From Anaeramoeba ignava BMAN (Eukaryota > Protista > Anaeramoebae), in NCBI GenBank assembly GCA_028826165.1, contig JAPDFW010000063.1:372001-436000 (forward strand): 64,000 nucleotides of DNA, in the 5' to 3' direction. Positions 38,001 to 51,400 of the stretch are shown here, piece by piece. The translations under genes were made by a program, and so were the position numbers. The notes below the pieces were generated by a model, which saw only the letters and a list, made by a program, of their open reading frames with translations, was not told the origin of the DNA and ran no database searches. Numbering within the stretch: position 1 is the stretch's first letter; each line of letters opens with the position of its first letter.

Positions 38001-39765
38001 TTAATTTTGATTATTAAATTTGTTAATTAATAAATCAAATAAATTTGGATTTGTTTGATTTAATTGAAAATAATCAATTCCAATTTCTAATTCATTAATA
38101 ATTTCTTGTGTAATTTGAATTCCTTCTTTAATTTGATTTGAATAAATCCAATATTCAAATATTTGAAATGATTTATTACTTAATTCACTATAATCTGTAA
38201 CTTTATTAGATTTATCTTCTGTTACAGATAAAAACATTCCTCGATATAATTCACTTCTCATTATTAATATTAATTTTGGAAATTTATATTGTTTTTCTTT
38301 TCTTTCAATTATAAAATCTTTTTCATTTTCATTTTCATTTAAATAAATTCTTTTCATTGTTTCTTCAATTCTTTCATTTGAATTTATAATTTCTTTGATT
38401 TCAGAATATAATTTTGGATTTATTATTCTGTTTGAATAAATCATTTCAAATATTTGATTTGATTCTTTAATTGATTTTTTTGAAATAATTTCTTTAAGTT
38501 TTTCAATTTCATTTTGATTTAATCTATATTTCAATATTAATTTATGAGCTTCAATTATTTCTTCATTTTTGGTTTTAAATGAAATATCACAAAATTCTTT
38601 TCTTCTAAATAATTTTATCAAATCTTCTTCAAGATTGGAAAAAGAAGGAGGAGAATAATAAAGAAATGAATGATAAGAACCACAAGAAATATGATAATTA
38701 GAAATATCTTCATTAAATCTTAATTTAGGAATTTCAATTTGAATTGGAATTAATTGATCTTTTGTATTTCCAGTTCCTAATTCACCATAATAATTATTTC
38801 CAAATACAATCAATTTTGAATTGGAAGTTAAAATCAAAGTATGAGAATCACCAACAGAAATTTCAAGAATATCATCATCATTTTCTTCAAATAAAGATGA
38901 TTTGATTTCAGTAAATTCATAAGTATCTCCATCTTTGCCAAATCCATTTAATCGATAATCTCCACATGAATAAACTTTTCTTTTTGGATTTTGATTTTGA
39001 TTTTCGATTTTCAATCAACATTATTGAATGATAAAATCCACATTGAATATCAATTATTTTGCCTTTTGGAATATTTTGTATTTTGGTTAATTTTTGGATT
39101 GTTATTTCTTCTTTTCTTCTTGATTCTCCTAATCCAAGTTGAGTATATTCATTATATCCGCATCCAAATAATTCTTGATTTGAATTTAAAAGAAAAACAG
39201 CTAATGAATTAATTCCTGAAAATATTTTAGAAATATTTTTCATCATTAAAATTGGTTTTTGTGTTTTTTGAAGTGTTTCAGTATCAAAACCAAGTTGACC
39301 AGATCCATTTGAACCAATTCCATAAGCATTTTGATTTGAAGTTAATAAGTAAATTGAAAATCTTCCAGAAACAATATCTTGAATTATTCTATCATTTTTA
39401 TCTTCAATTAATGATGAAATATTAATAAATTCTTTTGTATTAATATATCTTCCTTTGGCAAATACATTTCCTTCTTTTGTTAAAATAGCTTCATTTTGAT
39501 AACCAACAGTTACTTTTTGAATATTTTCTTCAATTTGGATTTTTGAAGGATTTTGTTTTGAATTATTTTCTCTTAAATATTCTATTGCTTTTCCATTTTC
39601 AAAAAGGAAAATTGTTCCAAAATAACTTGATGAAATTTGTTTAATTTGTTTTTCATTTTCATTTTCATTTTCAAATTTAAATTGAATTGGTTTTTTTATT
39701 TTATCTGGTTCATTTTTTATAAGTTTTGGAAATAGATTTTTACCAAAAAATATAATTTCATTCAT
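38001..39765 (-). CDS. RCC1-BTB paralogue 4 (frameshift near 39007)
   Basis: ORFs 38917-39765 and 38001-39014 are colinear with paralogue 1. Confidence 0.85.
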
Positions 39766-39799
39766 TTTTGAAAAGAAAAAAAATGAAAAAAAAAATTTT

Positions 39800-39997
39800 G
39801 GAATTTTAATTTTAATTTTAATTTTAATTTTGATTTTAATTTTGATTTTAATTTTAATTTTGATTTTGATTTTAATTTTAATTTTAATTTTAATTTTAAT
39901 TTTAATTTTAATTTTAATTTTAATTTTAATTTTAATTTTAATTTTAATTTTTAATTTTAATTTTAATTTTAATTTTAATTTTAATTTTAATTTTAAT
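39800..39997. repeat. (ATTTTA)n microsatellite
   Basis: Direct inspection. Confidence 0.9.
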
Positions 39998-40077
39998 CTT
40001 CCAATTACGAATACAAATTGGAAAAGAATCTAAATTAGAAAATAAAAGAAAAAAATAAAGGGAAAAAGGAAAAAAAA

Positions 40078-42301
40078 TCAATTCAAATTATCATAATAAC
40101 TAAACTTTGATTTTTTGGATTTTTGTTCATTTTCATTTGAAGAATTTTGTAATTGTGAATTTTGATTTGAATCATTTATATTAAAATTTCGGAATAGAGA
40201 ATTTAATTGTGAATTTAATTGTGGATTTTGTATTTGTGAATTTAATTGTGAATTGATTTGTGAATTTAATTGTGAATTTAATTGTGGATTTTGTATTTGT
40301 GAATTTAATTGTGAATTTAATTGTGAATTTAATTGTGAATTTATTAATTGTGGATTGATTTGTGAATTGATTTGTGAATTTAATTGTGAATTTAATTGTG
40401 GATTTTGTATTTGTGAATTTAATTGTGAATTTAATTGTGAATTTAATTGTGAATTTAATTGTGAATTTAATTGTGAATTTAATAATTGTGGATTGATTTG
40501 TGAATTTAATTGTGAATTTAATTGTGAATTTAATAATTGTGGATTGATTTGTGAATTTAATTGTGAATTTAATTGTGAATTTAATTGTGGATTTAATTGT
40601 GAATTTAATTGTGAATTTATTAATTGTGAATTTTGATTTGAATCATTTATATTAAAATTTCGGAATAGAGAATTTAATTGTGGATTTTGTAATTGTGGAT
40701 TTAATTCATTATTTGAAATCCTTTGAGGTAAAGAAAATGTGGGTTGAATAGAATCATCTCCATAAGCAAGATATGAAAAAGAAATTCCATAAAAATTATT
40801 GGTTCGATTTTTTCTTCCAAGTAAAAATTGTTGAACAGATAAACCTACTGATAAGGTTTGAGGTTGAATACAATTTAGAATAAAATTTCCTTTTTCAAAA
40901 TTTGCTTTTGCTTGACAAAAATGAAAATTTGAAAGAACAGAAAGTCCACCTAAAAAAATTAAATTAAATTAAAATTAAATATAAATTAAAATTAAATCAA
41001 AATCAAATTAAATTAAATCAAAATTAAAATTAAAATTATAAATTATAAATCAAAATTAAAATTAAAATTAAATATAAATCAAAATTAAATTAAATCAAAA
41101 TTAAAATCAAAATTAAATTAAATTAAATTAAATTAAATTAAATTAAATTAAACCAAATTAAAATTATAAATTAAATATAAATTAAAATTAAATATAAACC
41201 AAATTAAAATTAAATATAAATCAAAATTAAATTATAAATTAAATTATAAATTAAATTAAAATTAAATTAAATCAAAATTAAATCAAAATCAAAATTAAAT
41301 TAAATTAAATTAAATATAAATTAAAATTAAATTAAAATTAAAATTAAATTAAATATTAAATTAAAATTAAATTAAATTAAAATTAAATTATTTGTTGTTA
41401 TTTTTTTTTGGAAAAAGAAAACCTCGAGAAAAAGGAAAAATATGATCAATAGAAAAAGAACAAATTGAATCTGTTTTTGCAAGAAGAGAAATAACATTTC
41501 CAAACATATCAACACGATGAGTATAATAATCAGAAGTATTTTCAAGCTCAGGAATAGTATCAAGAGAATCCCACAAAACAGAAAACTCGTCTGGATTAAA
41601 ATTTGAAGGAATTTGATTAGGATTTAATTGGCGATTTAGCTTAAGTTGACGAATTTTCTGCATCAACATATCCTTTTGCTCTTGAATTTCTCGATACTCA
41701 TGGTGTTGCAATTGAGGGAATGCATAATTATGGAGCCAATCAGCAAGTAGTTGTCTGTCCATGAACTTCTCAAAATGGAAATTTTTCCAATTTTCAATTT
41801 CCCAAATATTTTCTCTTGAATATCGAGTCTCAATTTTGAACCAAAAAGAACCATTTTGATCAGGAATTTTCATGCATCTTGTTTCACTGAATTCCAAAGG
41901 ATATGGTAAATTGCTGTCTTTCCACCAATGCTCCCTTCTGGAGCTTTGCATGAATGGGTTAAAGTTCTCATTTTGTGGTGTTATTGGGAAATTTCTTCCC
42001 AAATTTTGTATTGAAAGTCTAAGTGAATCCACAAGAATCGGAAACTTTTGTGAAAATAGATTAAAAGTATCTGGGAATCGAGTGATAATTTGTTGAAGCA
42101 AATTGATCTGTTGTTCAGAATTCTTCATTGAAATTTTTTTTTTATAATTTAATTTTTAATTTTAATTTTTATTTAAATTTTTTTATATTTTTTTATATTT
42201 ACTAAATTTGGTAAAATTTCTAAAGTCATTCCAATAATTTCAGCTCTTGTTTTATTTCTTTCTTCTTCTAAATTTTTTTTTTCATCAAAAATTGTAAACA
42301 T
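40078..42301 (-). CDS. HNH endonuclease-domain protein with an N/Q-rich repetitive tail; exons 42301-42203, 42122-41423, 40949-40078
   Basis: Splicing gives VDMFGNVI..IDHIFPFSRG|GLSVLSNFHFCQAKANFEKGN, an H-N-N beta-beta-alpha-Me motif. The GT-AG introns keep the frame. Confidence 0.75.
40150..40705. repeat. Coding 12-bp repeat (AATTGTGAATTT)n = (LNSQ)n on the minus strand, bracketed by a ~55-bp direct repeat
   Basis: GATTTGAATCATTTATATTAAAATTTCGGAATAGAGAATTTAATTGTG occurs at about 40164 and about 40635. Confidence 0.9.
40955..41390. repeat. (AAATT/AAAATT)n satellite in intron 2 of the HNH gene
   Basis: Direct inspection. Confidence 0.9.
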
Positions 42302-42476
42302 TTTAAAAATGGAAAAAAAGGAAAAAAATGAAAAAAAATATTTTTATATTTTTATTTTTAATTTTTTTGATTTGAAAAATTTAATGTAAATTGATAAACT
42401 GAAACTAAATTCCCTAATAAAATTATATTTTTTCGATCAAAATTATTCTTAATTTCATTATAAATTTGGGAATTCT

Positions 42477-45400
42477 TTATCTTTTAATTGAAAAAAGTAA
42501 TAATTTTCTAAATGGATAAACTGGATCAAATTTTGCTGAAATTTTAGTTATAAATTGTTCTAATAAATCAATAAATTTATCAATATAAATTTCAATTCTT
42601 TTTAAAGAGTTTTGTAATTCATTAATTTTGGAAAGCAACCATTTCAGATTTAAATTTTTCTGGAAGTTTTTCAATAATTTTTTTTAAATCATATTTTAAA
42701 TGATTTTGAAAAAATAAAAGATGTTTTAATTTTGCTTGTTCTTTAAAAGTAGGTGAAGAAAGTCCAATATCATCAAAAATATCAATTTCCATTTTATTTT
42801 GTATAAATTCCATAATTGATAATTCTGTTAATTCATTCATTTTATTTAAATCATTCATTTCATTTAAATCTTTCATTTTATTTAAATCATTCATTTCATT
42901 TGAATCTTTCATTTTATTTAAATCTTTCATTTCATTTGAATCTTTCATTTCATTTAAATCATTCATTTCATTTGAATCTTTCATTTTATTTGAATTTTTC
43001 ATTTTATTTAAATCTTTCATTTTATTTAAATCTTTCATTTCATTTAAATCTTTCATTTTATTTGAATCTTTCATTTTATTTAAATCTTTCATTTCATTTA
43101 AATCTTTCATTTCATTTAAATCTTTCATTTTATTTAAATCTTTCATTTTATTTAAATCTTTCATTTCATTTAAATCTTTCATTTCATTTGAATTTTCATT
43201 TCATTTAAATCTTTCATTTCATTTGAATCTTTCATTTTATTTAAATCTTTCATTTCATTTAAATCTTTCATTTCATTTAAATCTTTCATTTTATTTAAAT
43301 CTTTCATTTCATTTAAATCTTTCATTTCATTTAATTCATTCATTTTGTTTAAATCATTCATTTCATTTGAATCATTCATTTCATTTAATTCTTTCATTTC
43401 ATTTAATTCATTCATTTCATTTAATTCATTCATTTCATTTGAATCATTCATTTCATTTAAATCTTTCATTTCATTTAAATTTTTCATTTTATTTAAATTT
43501 TTCATTTCATTTAAATTTTTCATTTTATTTAAATCTTTCATTTTATTTAAATCTTTCATTTCATTTAAATCTTTCATTTTATTTAAATCTTTCATTTTAT
43601 TTAAATCTTTCATTTTATTTAAATCTTTCATTTCAATCATTTTGCAACTTGAAATCACAACTTCAATTAATTCTTTGCATTTTCCATATAATCCATAATT
43701 TTCCAATTCATTTTTGATTTTTCTCCAAATTTTAATATCAACTTCTTCTTGTTTCCAATTTTCATTATTAAGAAATTCAATATCTAATTCTGGTTTTTCA
43801 TCGTAATAAATAAAATTTTTAATTTTGGAAGATAAAATAAATGGTTTCTTTAAATTTTCAATTTCTTTTTTAATATAATTTTCAAAAATTTTAAGTTCAT
43901 TAAATGAATTATTATAATTATTGATTTTCTCAAATTCTTTCATATCAAAATTGAAAAATTGAATTGAATTGAAATCATTTAAAGAAATTGGATAATTAAT
44001 TTCTTGATTTTCATAATTCTCTTGATTAATTTTGTTAAAAATTGAAGATAGTAATTTTGATTGAATAAATTTGTTATTAAGATTAATTCCATGTTGAATT
44101 AATGTTGAAATCATTAAATTATAGTTTTCTTTCCTGGCAAACAAACATCAATAAAAGATTCTTCATTAATTTCAATTATAAATTCATTGATTGGAATTTC
44201 ATTCATAATTTGTAAATATTTTGTTTCTTTTGAACATAAATTCCAATATTCTTGAAATTGGAAATATAAATCTTGATTTTCATTTTCAATAATATTTTTG
44301 AATTGAATTGTTCTGGATTCTTTTCTTGTTATTTTTTGATTAAATTTTTGCATTACATAACTTCCAAATTTGATAAATCCTTCAAATAAATTCAATATTT
44401 TCAATTCTTGGATATTTTCAATAACAAATTTAACAAAAATGGAAACATTATTGAGTTTTTCTTCTTTTGATAAAATAAATTGATAACATGATATAAATTT
44501 GTTTTTGGTAAATCAAATAAATTTAATTTATCACTTGGTTGTTTGAATATCTTCTGGATTTTCTTTGTGTTTTTAATAACTTTCTCGATAATTGTTGAAT
44601 GATTTTTGTTATAAATATTTGAAAAAACTTCTTCAAATTTGTTTCTATAATCTAAATCCAAGAAATTGTCTTTCCTGAATAAATTTTCAGGAATCTTATA
44701 TTGAGAAATCAAATTCAAGGTTTCATGATAATAAAGAATTGTTTGGTAATTTGATAAATTTAATAATCCTGATAAAATGGATAAATCATTCCCAATGTGT
44801 GATCTTAATTGATTAATTAATTCTTCTTGTGTTTCTGGTTTAAAAACAAAATTATTAATAAGTGAAATGAAATGTCTGGAAAATTTTTCTGATATTATTG
44901 AAATTGAAATAACTGAAAGATGAATAAATAAGCGAATAATTCTGAAAGTTATTGGATGCATTTTCCTAAATGTAAATGCTGGATTTGTATTTAGGAATTT
45001 AGAAACTGAATAAGAAGTGCAATTTTCAAAAAATTTGGAATCAATTTTCTTTTGATTTTGATTTACTTTTAATTTGGATAAACAAAATTCACACCAATTT
45101 TGTAATTTAATATGTGAAAATTTAACAAAATTTAAATGATTTTTTTTGCATAAAGACCATAAATTGAGTTTATCTTCTTCTTCTTTTTCATTTATAAAAT
45201 CTGGATAAAATGAATAAGATCCCATTGAAGGCCAATATAATTTTTCAAGTAATTCTTGTTTTAATTGCGATTCTCCAACTTCGAATATAAGATCTGATGA
45301 AAACAAAAACTGAAATGGTTCAATTTTCAATCCACTAATAAACTCAATAGAATGAATTGCCATTTTGATAATTTCTTCATCTTCAATTTTTTCTTCAATT

Positions 45401-48400
45401 TTAGATAAATTTTGGAATAATTTGGAATCTAAATAACTTGTTCCATGTTCACTAACAAATCCAATATGAGATTCTGTAAATTGATTTAATAAATTATTTC
45501 CAATTTTGTTTTGTTCATAATAATGTATCAATGTTTTCTCTTTTTTCTTTCCTTTAATATTAATATCAAGAAAATCATCTTGAATTTTATTAAAAATCTC
45601 TTGTGAAAATTTACATTCTTTAATTTTTTCATCAACAGAATTTTTGATAAATTTTTTGAGATTATTAATTCCTTGTGTTTTTTGAATTTCATTGTAAATA
45701 AATTTCAACCAAGTATCTTGTTTTTTTATTAAACTATTCTTCATTTTATTGATAAATTTTTGTGGTTTTTGAATAAAATTTTTTCTTGATTTAAGAAATT
45801 TTGCAATTTTTCTAAGTGAAAATCCATCTTTTGAAAAGATTGCTATAATATTTTTGGATTTCTTTTTTTCTTGATCTTCTTTTCTTTGAATAAAATATTT
45901 GATTAATTTTTCATTTTCATTAAGAATTTTCATACAACAGATAAAAATAATATTTTCTTGTTGATTTTCCAATAATTTTAAATTTGTTTTTTGTAACATT
46001 TCCTCAATAAAATTTATAATATCATCTTCTTCGTTTAATGAAATTAAATTTGTTAATAATGGGATATAAACTGAATATAAAATTTCAGTGGAATTTAATG
46101 ATAATAAATAGTTTGTTTTGGAAATTAAGTAATTGAAAAATTGTTGAATATTTGTGAAATCAAATTTTCCTTTCATTTTCTTATTGAAAAGTAATTTTTT
46201 GAAAATAATTTCTCCATAAAATGCCAAATATTTTATAAAATTTAAAATAATAGAACGTATTTTTTTTCTATAATGATCAATATAATTTTCATTTAGAATT
46301 GAGAAATGTTTATTATTTTTGTGGAAAGTTTCTTCACAAATTGGACATTTTTTTTGATTTTCATCTTCTTCTTTAGATTTTCTTTTGAGTTTAATTGTAA
46401 GATAAATTTGTGATTTTTCTTTTTGTGATTTTTTGCAAATCAAAATATTATTGCAATTAACATTTTGAGAAAATAATTCTTTAATCAATTCACTTGTTAT
46501 TTTGTTAATCATCATTTTATCTTCAATTATTTGATAAGTTTCTTCATTAAAATTTGTTAATTCAATTCCAAATTCATTTTTAAATAATTCTAAATTCCAT
46601 TTATCATAAAGAGATTCAATTGATTTTTGTTTTTTTTCTGTTTTTCCTTCATTTTCAATCAAGAAATAAAATAATTCTTCAATTTTTTTACTTTTTTCTT
46701 TGATTAAAAATTGTTCTTTTTGTAATTTTGGAATTAATTTTTTCATAAATGATAAAATTGAAAAGTGTCTAATTTCAGAAATAATTTTAAAATATGAATC
46801 AATTTCAATTAAATTAATTAAATTTTGATGAATTTTTTCAAAATAAATTTTGTAAATTTCCATAAAAGAAATATCTTCTAAATTTGAATTTTCTGATTTA
46901 TAATTTTGAACCCATTTTATCAAAAATTCAATTTTAAATGAATTTAAAAAATTTTGTTGTTGTTGATTAAAAGATAGTTTGATAAAATCTAATAATATCT
47001 TTCCAATAATTTCTTCATTTATTTTTTCTTTTTTAAAAATTTTCTTATTTCTTTTATCATTAAAAGGAATTTGAATAAATTCAGAAAATGATATTTTTTG
47101 TTCTGAAATTGTTTGATATTGTTGAATTATTGAATAAATTATTGATATAAAAGGAATATCAAGTTCAATAATTTTGTTATTTTGATTTTCAATTTCAATT
47201 TCAAAGCAAGGAATTTCAAACTTATTAAAAAAAGTTTTCCACATATTATTTATAGTTTTTTGATCTGAATCTAATAATTTTAAATTTTCATTTTGATTAA
47301 TATTCTTGAAAAATATTCCAATAATAACAATTATCATTTGAATAAATTTATCATATAAAGAAGGAGAAATATATATTTCATTTTCATTTTGATTTTGATT
47401 TTGATTTTCATTTTGTTGAATTATATTTTTAATTTCAGAATCAAATAAGAAATGATTTGTTTTAATTCCCAATTCAATCATTTCTCTTATTTTTTGTGAA
47501 AAGTTAATTTCATTTTTTGATGAAAATAATTCATTTTCAATAAATTTTGTTGTTTGAATAAATTTTTCACTTGTAAAATCTATATTTCTTGAAATGGATA
47601 TTTTCAAAAGTTTTCGATAAATTTCTTTCATTTTATTTTCTTTTTCAGAATCATTAATTGTATCAATTTTATGATTAAATTTTAAATCATTTATAAGAGG
47701 TAAAAATATTTTTGGATAAAGTTTTTCAATATAATAATATTCCCAATTCTTTTCAAAATAAAACGGAACATCTTTCATTTCAAATTGAGGAGATAAATGA
47801 ATAAAGATAATTATATAATTTTTTTGATTTAAATTTTGTTCAATAAAAAATTTAATTTTGAAAAATAATTCAATTTCATTTTGTTGAAAATGAATAGAAA
47901 GTATTGATTCCCTATTTTTGATTGAAGATTTTATAATTTCTATCACTTTTTTTTCTGATTGAATATTGATATCTTGGATAGAATAATTTTGTATTTTTTC
48001 TTGATTTATTTTCATTTTTGTTTCAAAACTTGTTGTAAAAATTATTGAATTTTGAATTTTGTTTCCAATAATTTCTTGATTAAATAATTCATCAAAATTT
48101 TTGAATGAAGAAGAAAAATAATCATTTAAAATATTATTAGTTTTTTCTTCTAAATTTTTTGATTTTGGTTTTGATTTTGATATAAATTGTTTAACTTCAT
48201 TCATTTTATAGAATTTACAAAGTTGAAATATTGTTTTCTTCATTATTTTTTCATTTAAATTTGAATTTAACTTTAAAATCAAAGAAATGAATAAATTTTC
48301 ATTAAATCCAAAAATTAAATCTTTTGTTTGAATTTTGTTTCGTGTAATAGTTTCAATTGGATCAAAAAATTTATTAATTTTCTTGAGGAAATTTTGCTCT

Positions 48401-51400
48401 TTTTTGGATAAAGAAAAAGAATAATTAAAAAAGGAATTTAAAGAAGAAGTTGTTGATCCATCAATAAAATGTTTTTCAAAATGATTTAATAAATTTTGTT
48501 CTTTGAATTCGTAATCATTTTCTTTTATTGTAACTAATACTAATCTAAATTTTGGATTGATAAATACTTTTCTTTCCTCATTATAAAATTGAATTTTTGT
48601 ATAAAATTTCCCATTTTCTTCATCAAAATTTTGATTGAGTAAATTGTTTAAAAATGGATATATTTTTTGATAATCAAAAATCACTAATATTTTCCCTTCA
48701 GAAATACAATATTCAATATTAAATAATTTTTCTTTAATTTTTTCTTCTTTTGGGATTGTAGAAATATTTAATGATTTATCAAATAATAATAATAATAAAT
48801 CTTTATCAAAAATAACAATTGAATCTGGGAAATATTTTTGATAAATAATTGAAAAAATTGAAATGTGTGAAATAATCAGCATTAAATAACGAGATGTTTT
48901 CATAAATTCAAAATATGATTGATCTGATTCTTCTTGTAATTTTTTTGTTTTATAAAGATTTTCTGTTATTAATTTTTCTAAATCAAATTTGGGAATTGTT
49001 TCAAAACCATCAATTTGATTTAATTTTAAAACTTCTTTCAATATTTTTCCTCTAATTCCAAAATTTCTATAAAGAGAATTAAATAGAACATCTGAAAAAA
49101 TTGAATAATTATTTTTTGAGAAATAAAATCCAATATTCTTAAGGAAAAAATAATAATCATAAATCCCATAAAAGTTTGTTGTTAAGCTTTTTTCTTGAAT
49201 TTTGATTAAATTTGTTTGTTTTGAGATTAAAATTTTTTGATTTTGACAAATTCCATTAAATATTTTAACAAAATATTTGAAATAATTCTTTGGTGATTCT
49301 CTTGGAAATGAATTTAAAATTTCTTTTGTTATTGATTCTAATTCAGTTTCATTTGGAAGTTCATTATTTAAAATAATTCCTGTTGAAATGTAATTCATTT
49401 TTGAGAATTGATTTGAAAATAAAATTAATGAAGGTTTTGTTAAAAATGATTCTAATTTTGTTAATTGAATATCTTTTTGAATTTTTTCAATTTCTAAATT
49501 AAGAGTCATTAATGTTTTATCTTTTAAATTTGTAAATTCTTTTAAAATGATAATTGGAATAATTTCTTTTTTATAATTTTGAGATAATTTTTCTGAATTG
49601 TTAAATTGATTATGAAGTTGAATTGGTGATAAAATTTGAGAACATTCAATTTTGTTAATTTGTAAATTTGGAAGATTTAATTCATTTTCATTTTCATTAA
49701 ATAATTTTAAAATGAATTTAAGAGATGTTGATTTTGAAGTTCCTAAAAATAAAAATAAAATATAATTAATTTTTTAATTGTAAATTATATTATTAATATT
49801 ATTATTTACCTGAATTTCCAATTATAAATAAAGGTATTCGAGTAAAAAATGAAATGAATATTAATAAAACATTTTCTTTAAATGATTTAGTTTTGGCAAT
49901 ATTATTTTCTGATAAATAATTCTCCATATTTTGAATTAAATTTTCTGAAATTTTATAAAAATTTGTTTCAATATTCATCTTAATTTTTTCATTCTTTTTC
50001 AATTTTTGTTGTTTTTGTTCAAATTTTAATAAAAATTCTTTTCTTTTTCCTTCATTTAAACTTGAAACATAAACAATAAATAAAGATAATAAAATAGATG
50101 AAGTAATTTGAGTTGATATTTCATTTTCTTTTATCAATTTTTGAGCTATTTTACTTGATATTAACCAATTAAAAATTCTTGAAAAAATTAAAACATCTTG
50201 AAATGATTCAAAATATTCATTTGAAAATATTATTGATTTTGATTTTGTTTCAATTTGAAGTTTTTGAGTTAATTTTCTTGAAAAACGAATTAATTTTAAA
50301 ATAATTTGTGATTCACTTTCTATTGAGATTTTTGAATTAAAGAAATTTTGGAGATTCTCTTTTTTTTGTTGAAATAATTGATGAAGTATTGATAAAATAT
50401 ATTTCTTTTTTGAAATTTTTGTTAATTTTCCAAAATCATAAATATCTTCATAAAATGAATCAGAAATTAATTGATATTGTGAAATAAATTGTGTTTTTTC
50501 ATTTCTTTCAAATTGATTAGATGAAAAAGATTTAAGAGAAGCTAATAAATGAATATTTCCTTGTAAATTTTTCCCATTAATTGATCTATTTAATAAAATT
50601 TCTTTGATTAATGATATAGATTCTTTTGATCCTTTATTGAATTCATGAAAATAAATATTAATACGATCAATTGGATTTGTATTTTGGTTTTGAATTTGTT
50701 GAATTTCTTGAATAATTTCTTCTTTTTTGGTTTGAAAATTAACATTGAAAATGATTAATGGTTGTTTCAAAATATCTTCTATTAAATATGTAATTAATAA
50801 TAACTTTTCATATTCATTTCCTCCATTAATAATTACTGGTATTTTTGCCCATAATTTTAATTGAATATAAATCATTTTGAATAAATTTTCTGATGTAAGA
50901 AAATTTCCTCTTTTTTTTTGATTTTCTTCATAATTTTGAATAATTTCATTTGTTATTTCAAATGATTTTGGAATTAATGAATTGAAAATTTGTAAAATAT
51001 CTTTCATTTCAATTTCAATTTTTGTTTCATTTTTTAATTTTTCATGGAAAATTATCATATTTTGATTATCAAAATTTAAACCATTTTGAAATAATTGTTT
51101 GATTTCGTAATTACTTATAAGAAATAATTTATATTCACCTTCTTGATTCTTGTTTTTTTTGTTTCTGAAAAGAATTGGAAAAGATAAATTTCTTTTTTTC
51201 CATTCAATTTTGTTTTTCAATAATTTTGAAGATTCTTCTAAATTATTTGAATTTTCTAAATTTGAATTAAAATGAAAAAAAGGAGAAGCAAGTTCAATAT
51301 TAAAATTTAAACAATTTGCTATAATTTGATTTAAAAAATAATAATATTTTTCTGAATCATTTTCAAAATTTTTTTGAATAATTTCATCTTTGTTAAATAA

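Noticed and set aside
40078-42301. HNH gene as a mobile homing endonuclease or intein
   Set aside because: It has spliceosomal introns, is not inserted in a host gene, and shows no intein splice-junction motifs or terminal repeats.
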